A stretch of DNA of 64,000 nucleotides from Squalus acanthias (GCA_030390025.1 CM059433.1:7318001-7382000), one strand, 5' to 3'. Numbered from the stretch's first letter, positions 39,808 through 52,845 are shown. Notes: generated by a model not told the origin, from the letters alone. Made by a program: numbers and translations.

Positions 39808-40820
39808 CTACTTTTGTGTCTTTTTTCTTTTCCGAGTGCTTCTACGAGGTGCAACTCCTGCGGCTTCAGCAGAGGTAGAGGCAGGCTGCTCACTTCCCTG
39901 CTGCGACTGGTTAGGCACTTTTGGCGGGCGTCCTATGGGTTTTGGAACCTGTGAGGGCCCCGCCAAAGTCTGCTCCTCCTGCAACTGTGCAGGGGCAGAC
40001 TAGGCCATTGGGATCCGAGGAAGCATATGGGGTACTAACTGAGGGGGAGGTAACGGGTGAGAAGTGGGAGCGCTTTGAGAAGAGCCCCCACTTCCATGTC
40101 CCCTCTCACCATCATCCCTCTCATGGGCCACCCACACTTCCCTGCTAGCAAGGAGCTGGAGCGCACCTTGCTGTACAGCAGTGGGGCGATGAACGCTCAA
40201 GTCTATATCCCTCCTAGCGATGAGTTCTGTGAGCGTCTGCCATCTGTTGTCCACAGCAAGCATATGTTCATGTGACTGGCGCAGTAGCGGCTCCATGCAG
40301 GTGGCCATCCTTTCCATGGAACAGCACATCATTGCCGTCGCCTGCGACATACTGCTGCTTATGCTGCAGGCATCGAAGCTGCAAAAGCTGCCAGAGCCTC
40401 GTGCAATTGTTGCTGCCCCTCCAAGATCACTCTCTTTCTTGATGGCCCCCGAGGTTCAGCGTCTGCATGCAGATCAGCAGAACTTGGAACGTGTTGCACC
40501 CTCCGGCGAGGAATCTCCACTGTTGTCCCTGTCAACACCATCTGCTCTTGATCACTTGTGATGCGAGAGACACCAGGTGACAACACTACTCTGTCTCGCA
40601 CAGGACCCACCGAGGTGTGCGTATCTGCGCTGGTGCTGGGTGCGCTTATGTCTGTTAAAATCTCCTGACAACATCCCTGCTGCTGACCTCCTCTGCAATT
40701 TCCAACCATGCTGTTTTGGTTTCTTTGGGTGGACCTCCCTGCGTGCTCTCAGTGCCTGCACCAGAACATCGAGGGATGCATCGCTAAATCTTGGTGCGGC
40801 CTCTGCCTTTGTCCATCCAT
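39808..40820 (-). pseudogene. Harbinger Myb/SANT gene remnant with an internal deletion
   Basis: APRFSDASLDVLVQAL N-terminus joined to sequence homologous to exon 3 of the first element; ends RRSTRKRKKTQK*. Confidence 0.75.
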
Positions 40821-41342
40821 GAGTGACACTTTTTTCATCTTGGTAATAGTAGCCAGACCTCTGCAAATGACCTTCCACACTCCTTCATCAACTTTTAAAT
40901 GAGATGTGTGCAAGGCTGCTTTAAATATTGGCGCTGGAAATGGGTAATTGACGACGTCATCAGACCCGCTCCATTTAATTGGGCCGGGAAACGTGCATGA
41001 CTGGTTTAATCGGGGCCATTAAGTAAAAGTTACACTGAACAACGTGCTGCTCACATCGCATTCCCAACGTGCTACGCGCCCTGCACGCATGCACGCAACC
41101 CAACTCAAAGGTAAAGATTCTGGCCAAATTGTCTGCACAGCAACGCACACAGTGTCCGTAATAAAACAGGGGAACTAGAGGCAATAATATGTTGCCCGGA
41201 ACCAGATACAGTAGGGATTACGGAGACATGGCTACAGAAAAATCAGAACTCGGAATTAAACATTGCAAGGTATAACATAGTTAGAAAAGAGAGAGAGGAA
41301 GAAAGGCGAAGTGGAGTAGCTGCACTTATTAGAGATAACAAT

Positions 41343-42088
41343 GGCCCGGAATTTGCAGTCGGGATGATGGCGAACTGGCAACGTTCGCCGTCATTCCGCC
41401 TTTGAAACTGACCGCAACTTTGGGATTTGGCACACGCGCAGGCCTATGCAGAAATCCCAAAGTTGTGGTCTGTCAATGAAAGCTCCGAAACTGGCTGTGC
41501 TGTGCCGCCAACACCCCCCACCCACAGAGCCGGCAATCAGTGAAATCTTGTAAATCATTGAAACTGATGAAAATTCGGCTCTTCCGCAGTAATTATGCTG
41601 TTACAATTCCCCACAAAATTAGACCCAAAGGGATTAATTGTAACTGGGGTTTTAACAGCGTATTGACTGCTAAACAAATGTTAAGGGCCTGGAAAACTCA
41701 TTTTAATTTTGTGCAGTGTGAAATTGTCCATTTTAATAAAGATTAAAAATTTTAATAATCTTTTCAAAACAATTTTTTTAAGCTTGTCTGTCTTTATTTT
41801 AGGTTTGCCTTTTCCTCATGTGAGAACCCCAATCTTTCTTTTGCTTTCTAACTAATTTTAAGAAGTTAGAATTTTAAGGGCTGACTCACTTCCTTGTTCG
41901 CTGTCTGAGAGAATTCTGCCTTTTGATTGGCAGCTTAGACAGCCTGGTGACGATACAGCAATTCGAACAAGGGGATCCCCATTAAATTCTGTTGAATTGA
42001 ATTGTAGGTCGGAAAACCTGAAGTTCTTGACACTGGGTTGCGAGATTTTTGTACTTCGGGGCCATTTCGGGACTGCAATTTCCAGGTC
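41343..42088. mobile_element. MITE-like DNA element
   Basis: TIRs GGCCCGGAATTTGCAGTC / GACTGCAATTTCCAGGTC; AT-rich core; TSD unclear. Confidence 0.7.
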
Positions 42089-44065
42089 ACAAAAAACAAG
42101 AGTAAACTAAACACTGATGAGACACCATGGATGAATAAAGGAAAGAGGGATATAGAACACATCTAGGGAACTATAGGCCAGTCAGCTTTACCTCAGTGGT
42201 AGGAAAAATAATGGAATCCCTACTAAAGGAAGAAATAGAAAAACATCAAGAAACAAAGAATGTAGTAATAATGAATAGTCAGCATAGATTTCAAAAGGGA
42301 AATTTTGCTTGACCAACCTTATGAATTCTTTGAAGAGTTAACAGAGAGTAGACAAGGGTAATGCAGTAGTTGTAATTTATCTAAATTTCCAAAAGGCCTT
42401 CGATAAGGTGTCACATAATAAACTACTGAATAAGGTCAGAGCATGCCGAGTCAGGGGACAAATTGCAGAATGGAAAGCTAGCTGGCTGCAAAACAGAAAG
42501 CGGAGTGTAGGGGTAAAGGGTAGCTATTCAGAGTGGCAGAAGGTGGAAAGTGGGGTCCTACAAGGATTAGTGCTGGGACCACTATTATTCACAATTTATA
42601 TTAACGATTTAGACTTTGGAATCAAAAACACATTTTAAATTTGCTGATGACACCGAATTGGGGGGATAGTCAATACTGAGGAGGCCTGCAACAAATTACA
42701 GGAAGACATTAATAAACTTGTAGAATGGGCAAATAATTGGCAAATGAATTTCAACACAGATAAGTGTGAGGTATTATATTTTGTAAGAAAAATAAGGAGG
42801 TCACATATTACTTGGAAAATAAGAATCTAAATGGGGTAGAGGAGCAAAGGGACCTGGGAGTACAAATACACAAATTACTAAAAGTAGCAAAGCAGGTTAA
42901 TAAGGCCATTTAAAAAAAGCAAACCAAGCACTAGGATTTATTTCTAGAGGGATAGAATTGAAAAGTAGAGAAGTTATGCTAAACTTGTATCGAACCTTGG
43001 TTAGACCACACTTGGAGTACGGTGTACAATTCTGGTCACCATATTATAAAAAGAATATAAAGACACTGGAGAGGGTGCAAAAAAGAATTACAAGGATGAT
43101 ACCAGAAATGTGAGGTTATACCTATCAGGAAAGGATGAACAGGCTTGGGTCTCTTTTCTCTTGAAAGGAGAAGGCTGAGGGGTGACCTAATAGATGTCTT
43201 TAAAATTATGAAAGGTTTTGATAGAAGAGGCACAGAGAAAGCGTTTACACTTGTGGGGAAGAGCAAAACTAGAGGCCATCAATATAAGATAGTCACCAAG
43301 AAATCAAATGGGGAATTCAGAAGAAACTTCTTTACCCAGAGTGGTGAGAATGTGGAACTCGCTACCACAGGGAGTAGTTGAAGCGAATAGTATAGATGCA
43401 TTTAAGGAGTGGTTAGATAAGCATGAGGGAGAAGGGAATAGAGGGTTATGCTGATAAGAGTTAGATGAGGAAGGATGGGAGGAGGCTCGAGTGGAGCATG
43501 GACTGGTTGGGCCAAATGGCCTGTTTGCGCTGTATATTCTATGTAATTCTACATAAAGTGAGAGGCATCTTGGAAGTTTTGGAAATTGTTGCAAGTGAAT
43601 ATATTCTGCAATTTGTTATAGCTTTCTCTGTTCCATAACTAGGAAGTCCATCGACTGATTCCATTTTTCCATGCCAGAACTACGATGCCACAAGAATCGA
43701 CTTGGGCTGTTCAACAGATTGTGTTCATGCCCAAAAAAATGACAGGATTTCAGCCAAATTGTCACCAACCATATGGATGCCAAGCCTATTGTCTTCATTA
43801 ACTAGGAATGAATGCAGTGAAAGTTCGCTACCGTTATTTCTTCAAAGCTAGCTATGAAGTGGAGAAACTTCCCATTTTTTAAGAAAGGGAAAAACAGTTG
43901 GGTCCAACAAGTCCATCCCTCTTGATTTCTTAAAGTTGCAGGATATATTTTCATGTTTGTTCATTTTGATACAGCAAAAGTGATTAATTACTATATACAA
44001 AACCCATGTTTTACAATTTGGTAAAATGGCAGATTGCTCTGTAGTGCATGTTCTTTCTATTACAG

Positions 44066-44158
44066 CAATATGGAAAGCTACCTTTTACACCATCAGAAGA
44101 GGAGAGTATTTTATGTGTCTCCAAATATGGTATCAAAGTTGCATCCTCCGATCAATAT
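44066..44158 (+). CDS. ITGB1BP1: ITGB1BP1 coding exon 4
   Basis: 93 nt; [31 protein letters not shown]. Confidence 0.95.
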
Positions 44159-45819
44159 GTGAGTATATTAATGTTTCCTTCTAATTTTGTTATAATGGTG
44201 AGGAACTTTAAAAGAGGCAGGAGAGATGCTCATCTCAAACAGTAATCACTTAGTATCAGGGCAAGTGATTTATGACCTCCCCTAACAAATCCTGTGAATT
44301 CTACACTTGCCACATGCACCACAATGTGTTGACCACTGACTGCAATTTTGCATAAAATGTTTTAAGCATTGAATGTGCCAATTTGAGCGATTGAGTAACT
44401 ATTTCTTATACCCTTGGACTGAAGCATTACTGTGATTAGCTGAAGAGCTAACATGTGCACATAAGCAGTTTACACCACTACCTGCTAATTAACGTCAACA
44501 GCCAATCAAATAGAGACTAGTGCACACTCCACCCTTATGAGTCACTTCTTTGCTTAAAAAAAAAATTGAAAGGGTTTTTTGGCTAATCTCCTAAGGCCTA
44601 CCCCTTCCCAGGTACCAACAACGTGCATTTATAACAATTGCTGTTGCTCCCATGTACTATTTCCCGGTCAAGGCCGATAGACATCCAGCTATTGGCCCTC
44701 TGCTTCTGCCGGTGCACAGTAGTGAATTAAATTCCGTATCACAAACTTCTGAACTGCTTGCTGTGTTTACAATTAAAGAGCAGGAGGATTTTTTTTCCAT
44801 TGATGGAGATTTGTTAACAGTATTCCCCTTCTGTAAATAATGTGAGTCCTTTCTAGCTCCACAGTTGCATCATTTATTTGAGTGTAATATACGTTCATCT
44901 AAAAAGCTGATCTTTCTGAATTCTAAGAGTCTGTTAAAGGAGTCAGTTTCATGCTCGGCTTGAAACAATGTTACAATGCAATATTCAGATGGTGAAAGTG
45001 GTAGAAGATGAAACTGAATTTTCCTTGCCAGGACTTTGTTCAGTAAATCATGTGAAGTAGCATTATATCCTCAGAAGTCATTCTCAAGGGCAGTTGACCA
45101 TTGCAAATTTTTTTTGTGTGTACATTCAAACTTATTGTACTTTAGTATTTTTTTGTTCTTCAGACATAATCGTTTCATTCTGTAAAATCTCTGGTTTGTG
45201 CATGATACCTGCCATTTGGAAGGGTTTGTTGGAGTAGCACAAGACTGTTTGTTTTAATCCACTAGGATTACTGCAAGTAGGATTAAGTGTTGATCCTCAT
45301 AATGCAGGTATCTGTTAAATGGGATTATTAAAAGGTACAACCTCCGAATCAATAGGTTGCAGTATCTGCTAGGGAGAAAAGGGTGATAAATGAATATTTT
45401 GCTTTAGTCTTCAGTGGTAAAGGAGGATACAGTAGCCGAGTGGTTATGAGTTCAAATCCCATGGCAAACTGTAAAATTGAATTCAATATTTTATGGGCTT
45501 CAAAGAAGCAAACCCAGCCAGTCTTTCATGTGACTCCAGTCCCACACTATGTAGTTAATTCTTCATGCCCTCAAGGCAACTAGAGGTAGGCAATAAATAC
45601 TGGCTTATCAATGACACCCATAAATATATACTAGAGGTATAAGGAAGATTAGAAATTAGCAAAGGATTTACAGATTTCACCATAAATAGAAAAATTGTAA
45701 GATAAAATAATGGTATTGAAGCCATACAAATCTCCAGGCCAAGTAGGTTTCTACCCACAGGTGCATTCAAAGAAATAAGTGAGAAAATTGGGGATGCATT
45801 AGTTTGCTGATCTAGTAAT

Positions 45820-46468
45820 CATAGAAATTTATGGTACAGAAGGAGGCCATTCAGCCCATTGTGTCTGCTGGCCAAAAATGAGCTTTCCAGCTTTTGATCT
45901 ATAGCCCTGTAGGTTCAAGTACTTTTTAAATGCGACAAGGGTTTCTGCTTCTACCACCCTTTCAGGCAGTGAGTTCCAGATCTCCACCACCCTCTGGGTG
46001 AAAAAAATTCTCCTCAACCTCCCTCTAATACTTCTACCAATTACTTTAAATCTATTCCCCCTGGTTATTGACACCTCTAAGGGAAATAGGTCCTTCCTAT
46101 CTACTCTATCTAAGCCCCTCATAATTTTATACACCTCAATTAAGTCTCCCCTTAGCCGCTCCAATCTTTCCCCATAGCTAAAATTCTCCAGTCCTGGCAA
46201 CGTCCTTTTAAATCTCTATACCCTCTCTAGTGCAATTACACCTTTCCTGTAATGTGACCAGAACTGTACACAGTACTCTAGCTGTGGCCTAACTAGTGTT
46301 TTATAGTCAAGCATAACCTCCCTGCTCTTATTCTATGCATTGGCTAATAAAGGAAAGTATCTCGTATGCCTTCTTAACCACCTTATCTACCTGTCCTGCT
46401 ACCTGTGGACATGCACTCAAGTCCCTTTGTTCCTCTACACTTCTCAGTAGCCTACCATTTATTGTGTA
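45820..46468 (-). mobile_element. CR1 3' fragment
   Basis: RLRGDLIEVYKIMRGLDRVD...FFTQRVVEIWNSLP. Confidence 0.88.
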
Positions 46469-47407
46469 ATGGTACTGGAGGAATGGAAGGTAGCAAACGC
46501 TACACATTTATGCAAAAAGGGAGGAACATACAATAGATACAAACTGAACTCGCTACAGAAAGTCAAGTCTTGCCCATTTCAGTCTAAGTACCCTTTTACT
46601 GACATAAGGCACTGTTTTTCAGTGCCAGTCAACCTCTGTGACACTGAAAATTAACTATTACAAGTGTGGAGCCTCATTCCTTCAGGTTTAAATTGTTGGA
46701 GATTTTAATAATGTAAAATTCACCTTTTTTTGTTTTCCTCTGTCTAATGCAATCTTAATTTCCTTCCCTTTATTTCTCTTTCTGTACCTGATTTGACATT
46801 GAATTCACTTCCTTCTCAGTCCTTGCACTGTTACTTTCACAATCCTTCAATCTGATTGGTTAAGGAGATACACAGTTGCTTGTCCCGTTTCCCTGGCAGA
46901 CAACATTAGATGCCCTGCCACAGCAAATTATGGCCCATTGTCTTTTCCCCTCTAGTAACAAAATCCAGAACGAGAAGACATCATCTTCGAATTAGAACTA
47001 GGAAAAATACTTCTTTACCTACTGGGTTATGAAAATGTGGAGTACAATTCCCTAGAAGGCAATATATGCAAAATTAATTGAGGCATTTCAAAGGGAGATA
47101 GATGATTGGGAAGGAAGCATATTCTGAGATATATGGCGGTAGGCATATATGGCAAAATGGCAAGGAAATGGTATCCAAAACAATATTGCTGCCATGGCTA
47201 AAAAAAATGGCAGAGCAGGCTTGATGGACAAAATTGCTTACATCTGTTCCTATGCTCTTCTCTCAAACATTCCACTAATAAACTCTGGTCGCAGGTTTAA
47301 TTTAGAAAAACTCACTCGGGTCTCCTTGATATAAAATTCCATTTCCTTTTGTCACCCAAATACATTTAATGCAATAAATTGTATTAACATTTTTTCTTTT
47401 TTGGCAG

Positions 47408-47557
47408 GATATTTTGCACAGGCATCCATTGTATTTGATAGTGCGAATGATCTGTTACGATGATGGGTTGGGGATGGGAAAAAGCCTCCTTGCTATAAAA
47501 ACCACCGATGCAAACCAGAATGAGTATAGCATCTGCGTGTATCAGTGCAATAGCCTG
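47408..47557 (+). CDS. ITGB1BP1: ITGB1BP1 coding exon 5
   Basis: 150 nt; [50 protein letters not shown]. Confidence 0.96.
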
Positions 47558-47744
47558 GTGAGAAATGGTTTGGTAACGGTCTTTTCCCCCCCCTCTCTCG
47601 TTTGACGTTTGACATTTGACCATATAACCTTATTTTTAGGAGTGGTTCGATAACTCAACAATTAAATCAACACAGGAACTACAGGTTGTATCAGCCACTT
47701 CTAACAAGTGACAGTTAGTGCCTTATTGCACTATTGTACACTCT

Positions 47745-48623
47745 GGGGGAGAAATTCAGTATCGCCCCATTTGGGGCGCAAATATCGGCCGGGCGCAAAG
47801 ATTAGCACCTGGCGCTAATTATCGCCACCGACTGCAAACTTGACTTTTATCGCCCCTGTAGGTGATTGCAGCGCTATATCAGGCGCTTCACACCTGTCTT
47901 AAGGCGCAAAAGCCGAGGAGCGAGGCGCTACCTCAGAGCATGGCGAAGCTCATGTAATGTCAGTCAGCAATGGAACACACACACAATGGCACGGGCCAGT
48001 TCTTAAAGGGGATGGTTAATCTTGCTTTCCATCCACATCCTGCTCATTGCAGCCTTGAATCTCGGCCTGGAGAGACCTGCACATCAAATGTGCTGGAAAG
48101 AACAATGGAGAGTACCAGGCAAAGAGCTCAGAGTGCAGCCTCCACAGTCTCTGCTAAATTGATACAAGGAATGGCAAATCAAAATGAACCTGCAAAATGC
48201 TGCTCAGTATTCAAAACTCCTTCACACAACGTTGAATCTCTCCAGAAGTCTCTCCCTCTCTCTCTGAATGCGTAGCTCAAAAATGGCACCAACAATAAAA
48301 GGCAGGAAGCGGTCACCTTTAAATAGCGCTCCCCCTTTCCCTTCATGACTGCAGAACGCTCCCCTCAACCTGTCGTTGCTAGCGTCAGGCGGTAAGGCAG
48401 GGGGTGCCACTCAATATCCGCTCCGGGGCGATACCGGGGCGTTGCGCACTCGGGTGACGTCATGATCTGCCATCGCAGGAGATCGTGGCGGTAGTGTTTA
48501 GCGCCGCCGCAAAATGTCTAGTTAATTTCGCGAGCGGCGCAAACTTCGCCGCGCCTGGGCGCTGGATGCTTTGCGCCCTCTTAAGGCGCTAACGGGAGGC
48601 GCAATCAACTGAATTTTTCCCCC
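47745..48623. mobile_element. Harbinger-type MITE, complete
   Basis: TIRs GGGGGAGAAATTCAGT / ACTGAATTTTTCCCCC; TSD TCT; homologous to 1-485. Confidence 0.85.
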
Positions 48624-48764
48624 TCTCTCTTTATACAGGTGACTAAAGTGTGTGCGCTTTGAATAAGGGAAACCAAAAATGATCCTGATGTGACAAATTG
48701 TACATGTTAGAGGTTCCGTCATATTTAAAAAAAACTAAAAATAAATCCTGCCTTTAAAATTATC

Positions 48765-48958
48765 AGGTCGCACAACACCAGGTTATAGTCCAACAGTTTT
48801 ATTTGAAATCACAAGCTTTCGGAACTATCGCTCCTTCCTCAGGTGAAGGAGCGATAGTTCCGAAAGCTTGTGATTTCAAATAAAACTGTTGGACTATAAC
48901 CTGGTGTTGTGCGACCTCTCAATTTTGTCCACCCCAGTCCAACACCGGCATCTCCGCA
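48765..48958. mobile_element. Hammerhead-bearing short retroelement with a perfect 73-bp inverted duplication
   Basis: Arms 48765-48837 and 48845-48917; TSD TTTAAAATTATC(A); intact hammerhead on minus strand 48809-48846. Confidence 0.88.
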
Positions 48959-49027
48959 TTTAAAATTATCACCAGTTTAGTTAAATATGCATTGTGATTT
49001 GACTAACCCAGTCCTTCTGTGTTGCAG

Positions 49028-49099
49028 GAACAAGCTCAAACAATCTGCAAAGTCCTGTCCACTGCTTTTGATTCAGCACTTTCCTCAGAGAAATCATGA
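49028..49099 (+). CDS. ITGB1BP1: ITGB1BP1 last coding exon
   Basis: EQAQTICKVLSTAFDSALSSEKS*; branch-like TGACTAAC at 49000-49007; the six exons sum to 603 nt = 200 aa + stop. Confidence 0.96.
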   Translation, partial: EQAQTICKVLSTAFDSALSSEKS

Positions 49100-49708
49100 T
49101 GTATATGATTGTTGTCTAAACGATAAATCTGATGGTATCTTAGGATATAGATTATTTGGTTATTTATCTTATGTTTGAGTTCTTGCAAATACTATTGCTG
49201 CCTTAGGTCTGTGAACTACTGGAAAGTGTTACAAATTCTGAAAGCTGATGGTGAATGAAGTTGCCAACATTTCAATGTTTTCAGTAAAATGAGAAATAAT
49301 GGACTGTTTGTTAGTATTGTGCAAGTCCCCAATTTCACAGCAGTCTGTTAATGTAGTATATTACTCCAATTTCATTGCAGAGCGATAGCAGTGTCGGTTA
49401 TCCTCATAGCTCTGTGAAGCAGACATTTTTAGTTTACTCCAGGATCAAAGAAAATACAGGTTTCAGAAATGCTGAATCTATGTATATACCTCAGCGCTAA
49501 CAGGAGCAGCTCAAATAAGCAAGTCTTAATTATAAATACTGCCTTTTCAAGCTAAATACATTTTATGACTATTGTATAGGTCAGTACAGTTTCTATCGAA
49601 GTGGCATTGTATTTCTTGCTCTTTCAATTAAGCATGCAATGAAGTAGCATCCTTATACACAACTTTCTAGTACAATTTATATTACCAAACTGAATTTAAG
49701 TTGCTACA

Positions 49709-49714
49709 AATAAA
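49709..49714 (+). terminator. Candidate polyadenylation signal of ITGB1BP1
   Basis: AATAAA about 610 nt after the stop codon, followed by U-rich sequence. Confidence 0.4.
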
Positions 49715-50605
49715 ATCAAAAGTGAATTGTTCTACTTACTATTGATATCGCTGCCACAGATGTGACAAAATAACTTGTGTAGCCTGCCATCAACCAAGCA
49801 AAATGTATTTTTCATTTGAATGATCATAGAAAGGAAAAGTCCTTTCATAAAATGAAGCATAATTTACATGACCTCAAAAGGTTGAAAAACTGCTCCCTCA
49901 GCCAATTAAGGTGGCAAATAGCCTTGTAAGGTCCCATGTTCAATCCTCATCGATGCTGAGTTAGCTGATCATCTCCAAGTGACGGTATAGGAGAGGAATG
50001 ACTACAGTTAGCATCAATGCCCCTAAATTGAGGGGAATATCAACTAGACTTTCCGCTGCTGCCGATTGTTATCCAGTAACCCCTGGTGGAATTACATGTG
50101 TGGACATCAGATGAGAACAGCTTCAATTGTGGTACCACCCAACAGTTAAATATCCTGCCAACGCTGTCCTGGCTCACATATGAAGAATGGCTCACTTGCT
50201 GAGAATGCATTGAGTGACTAGGAAACTGTCTTCAGGGTGGGAGAAAATTGATAGAAAATGAAAAGGTATGGAAACATATTTTGTTCATATGGTTGAATTC
50301 CAAGATCACAGTTCTGGTAGTTTGTAAAGAAACTAGACAAGTAAACTATGATTTTTAATACTTTGAAAATCAAGTACTATTAAAATTTTTAGAGAGTATG
50401 TATACCTTGGTATTAAATAATTAAGTGATCACTGCATCTTGTGTAGCATAGAAAAGAAACCAGCAGCCACTGTAGTTTCAGAGCAGCTCATGTATTTCAT
50501 CTCCCAAATTCGACAAAAAAAATGACTCATACAAACTATTCCCAGCCTGGACGCTACTTACTGACTTAAGAGTTGAAAATTCAGCACAAGTGCCATGAAT
50601 TAAAT

Positions 50606-50619
50606 TTTATTGATTTATT
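50606..50619 (-). terminator. Candidate tandem polyadenylation signals of ASAP2
   Basis: Two AATAAA on the minus strand at the end of a ~2.2-kb AU-rich, repeat-poor stretch after the ASAP2 stop. Confidence 0.35.
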
Positions 50620-52770
50620 TTAACCCACAGATATAAGGCTTTGTGAAGTATTTAAAAGTAGATGGTACTTTATTAGATATTGAATATTTTTGTAGAACAA
50701 GACTAACAAGATATGCTGGTAGTGATCATCTGCTGGGATTCTACTCAAGTGTGTACTTAAATGGATAGTATTTTTCTGTTTTCCTCATAACATTGAGTTT
50801 GAGGTCAAGTCAATTCTTTAAACTGATCTTGCAGTACATTTAAAAAAAAAGTTTTACATCTTCATCCTTAAAAGTTTTAACTTCAAAATTTAGATATTCT
50901 GGGCTTATTTCCATGCTAAAAGGGCACAAAGTCAGACTTTAGTCCCTTCCTCTAAATCAGAAGAGCTGAACAGCAGAGGAAATTTCATGGGCAATTAAGT
51001 GGATAAACACATGCGAGTCTCACAAATTTAGACTTTAATAGAATGGAATTGATCTGTACCGAATCTGCTGATCAACAAAATGATTGTTAACAGTTATAGC
51101 AGCCTCATCTTGATGCAATGGATGGATATTTAAACACATATTTTAGATCATCAGATTTTGTACAGTATTTCATCAGATGCTCACTATTCCTTCACAAATA
51201 GCACATTCATTAGGCCTCATCTTCAAAATCTGCACAAAAATCTGCATTAATAACTATTACATTTCTGAATTAACTCCAATGTTAAACTGGGATATACAGT
51301 ACATTACACATGCTCTAATTGTCAAATCAATGCAATGAAATGCAAAGGTATTATAGGATTTAACATTTACAATATATATACAGTTGCTCTGCAACAAACA
51401 CCTAGCTTGTCATATTTGTATCCATTTACACCATGTCTCAAACAGGATTTTTTTCTGCTCTAAGTACTACTCAGATGACGACAACAGATGGCAACAGTTA
51501 CCCTGTCTAGAGATTTTTATGGTCCTTTTAAATCATCATAGAAAGCAATAGTCCTGAATGATGTCAACATCTTCAGTATTAATTCACATTACATACAAGA
51601 GTTACTAACTTCTGCTTTTAGACAATAATTACAGCCACATTTAGTTGAAAGTGATAGGCTACAATTTTTAATTTTACTGCTAACCCAAAATATTTTTCAA
51701 ATTTTCATTCCTATGCATTGGAAGCCAGACAGACACCTTTTAAAAAAAAAACTGTTGACCACTTATGTAACAAGTCTAAGACTTTAAAAGAATATTTTTT
51801 CAATAACAGGCCAGTAAGATCATTGCAAAAAAGTTTTTGAGATGAAATTTTACTACAAATGATTTGCACTAAGTGTGTACCATTTTTCATTTATTTTTCT
51901 CAATAAACAATAGTTTTAAGTTATGTCCTTAGTAATAAAAAGAAACAACAATTTTGTGCAGAACTTAAAAAAAAAGTCTGCAACAAATGTTGAATATTTT
52001 TGCAAACTGATTTAGCTATTTAAACACTTTTGATTAAACCGTTTAATGCAACAAAACACGAACTGTAAGACTGTACAAAATACATCGAGGACCCCTAATA
52101 ACCATATTTGAATTTCCATCACCAATTCTCCCTCTTTTGAAGAGCCACTGTGGGTATTAATGCTGTTCATTAGCTGCCTTTTGAAAAATTCATATATTTA
52201 CAATACTAGAATCCCGTGTTCATGAATGTAGTTAGGGAAATTTAATTTGCAATGGAAATTACAGCATTTAAATAAAAGTTAACGTGGAAACAGTGGTATT
52301 ATTTTAGATTTATAGTAGTGTTTTAAGGCTTGAAGAAAGTTATGAAGTTCACCCAAACAGCATGCTTACTAAATTCATTACCTAATTTGTGGATTATATC
52401 ACATCAGTACTAGTATTCTCCAGCTTTGCTCCATATTGCAATATATTTTGATTTTCAACATGTTTTTTGATATAATTAGTGACATAAGCTATTCACTATT
52501 CATGAACAATTAGCATTCTTTCCATTTCCAAGTACTACATGCACCATAGCAAATTGACAGACATGAAAAGTCCACAATTTATAATGAATCTCCAGTTGTA
52601 CTGAAAGTGCAAATACTTTAACAAGAATACATATTTAAGAACTATTTACTTATAACATCCTCCAGCTAAGAAGTGATTGGTCTATCGAGCTAAACACAGA
52701 TGCTTTCCTTGCCATCCGAGGGTATGGTACCATGCTCTAAATTGTTTTTTCTCAACTTCTTAAAGGGAGC

Positions 52771-52845
52771 TCAGTCAGCAATGAAGTGCACAAATGTCAC
52801 AGGGAATACACCCCTCCGCTTCGGGTCTCCTTCAATGTGGCCAAT
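52771..52845 (-). CDS. ASAP2: ASAP2 last coding exon (SH3 C-terminal half)
   Basis: IGHIEGDPKRRGVFPVTFVHFIAD*; VHFIAD ending and synteny with ITGB1BP1/CPSF3 indicate ASAP2. Confidence 0.94.
   Translation of the reverse strand: MGHIEGDPKRRGVFPVTFVHFIAD

Larger units (their letters stand above)
37919..41125. mobile_element. PIF/Harbinger DNA transposon with convergent transposase and Myb genes, both decayed
   Basis: Imperfect TIRs GGCCGGAATTTT / AAGATTCTGGCC; TSD not cleanly recoverable. Confidence 0.88.
37615..43550 (+). mobile_element. CR1 LINE (ORF1 end to 3' tail, internally deleted) interrupted by Harbinger and a MITE
   Basis: ORF1 esterase-like motif DGLHLN near 37670; ORF2 start resumes at 41126; RT part 42165-43550. 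Confidence 0.75.
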
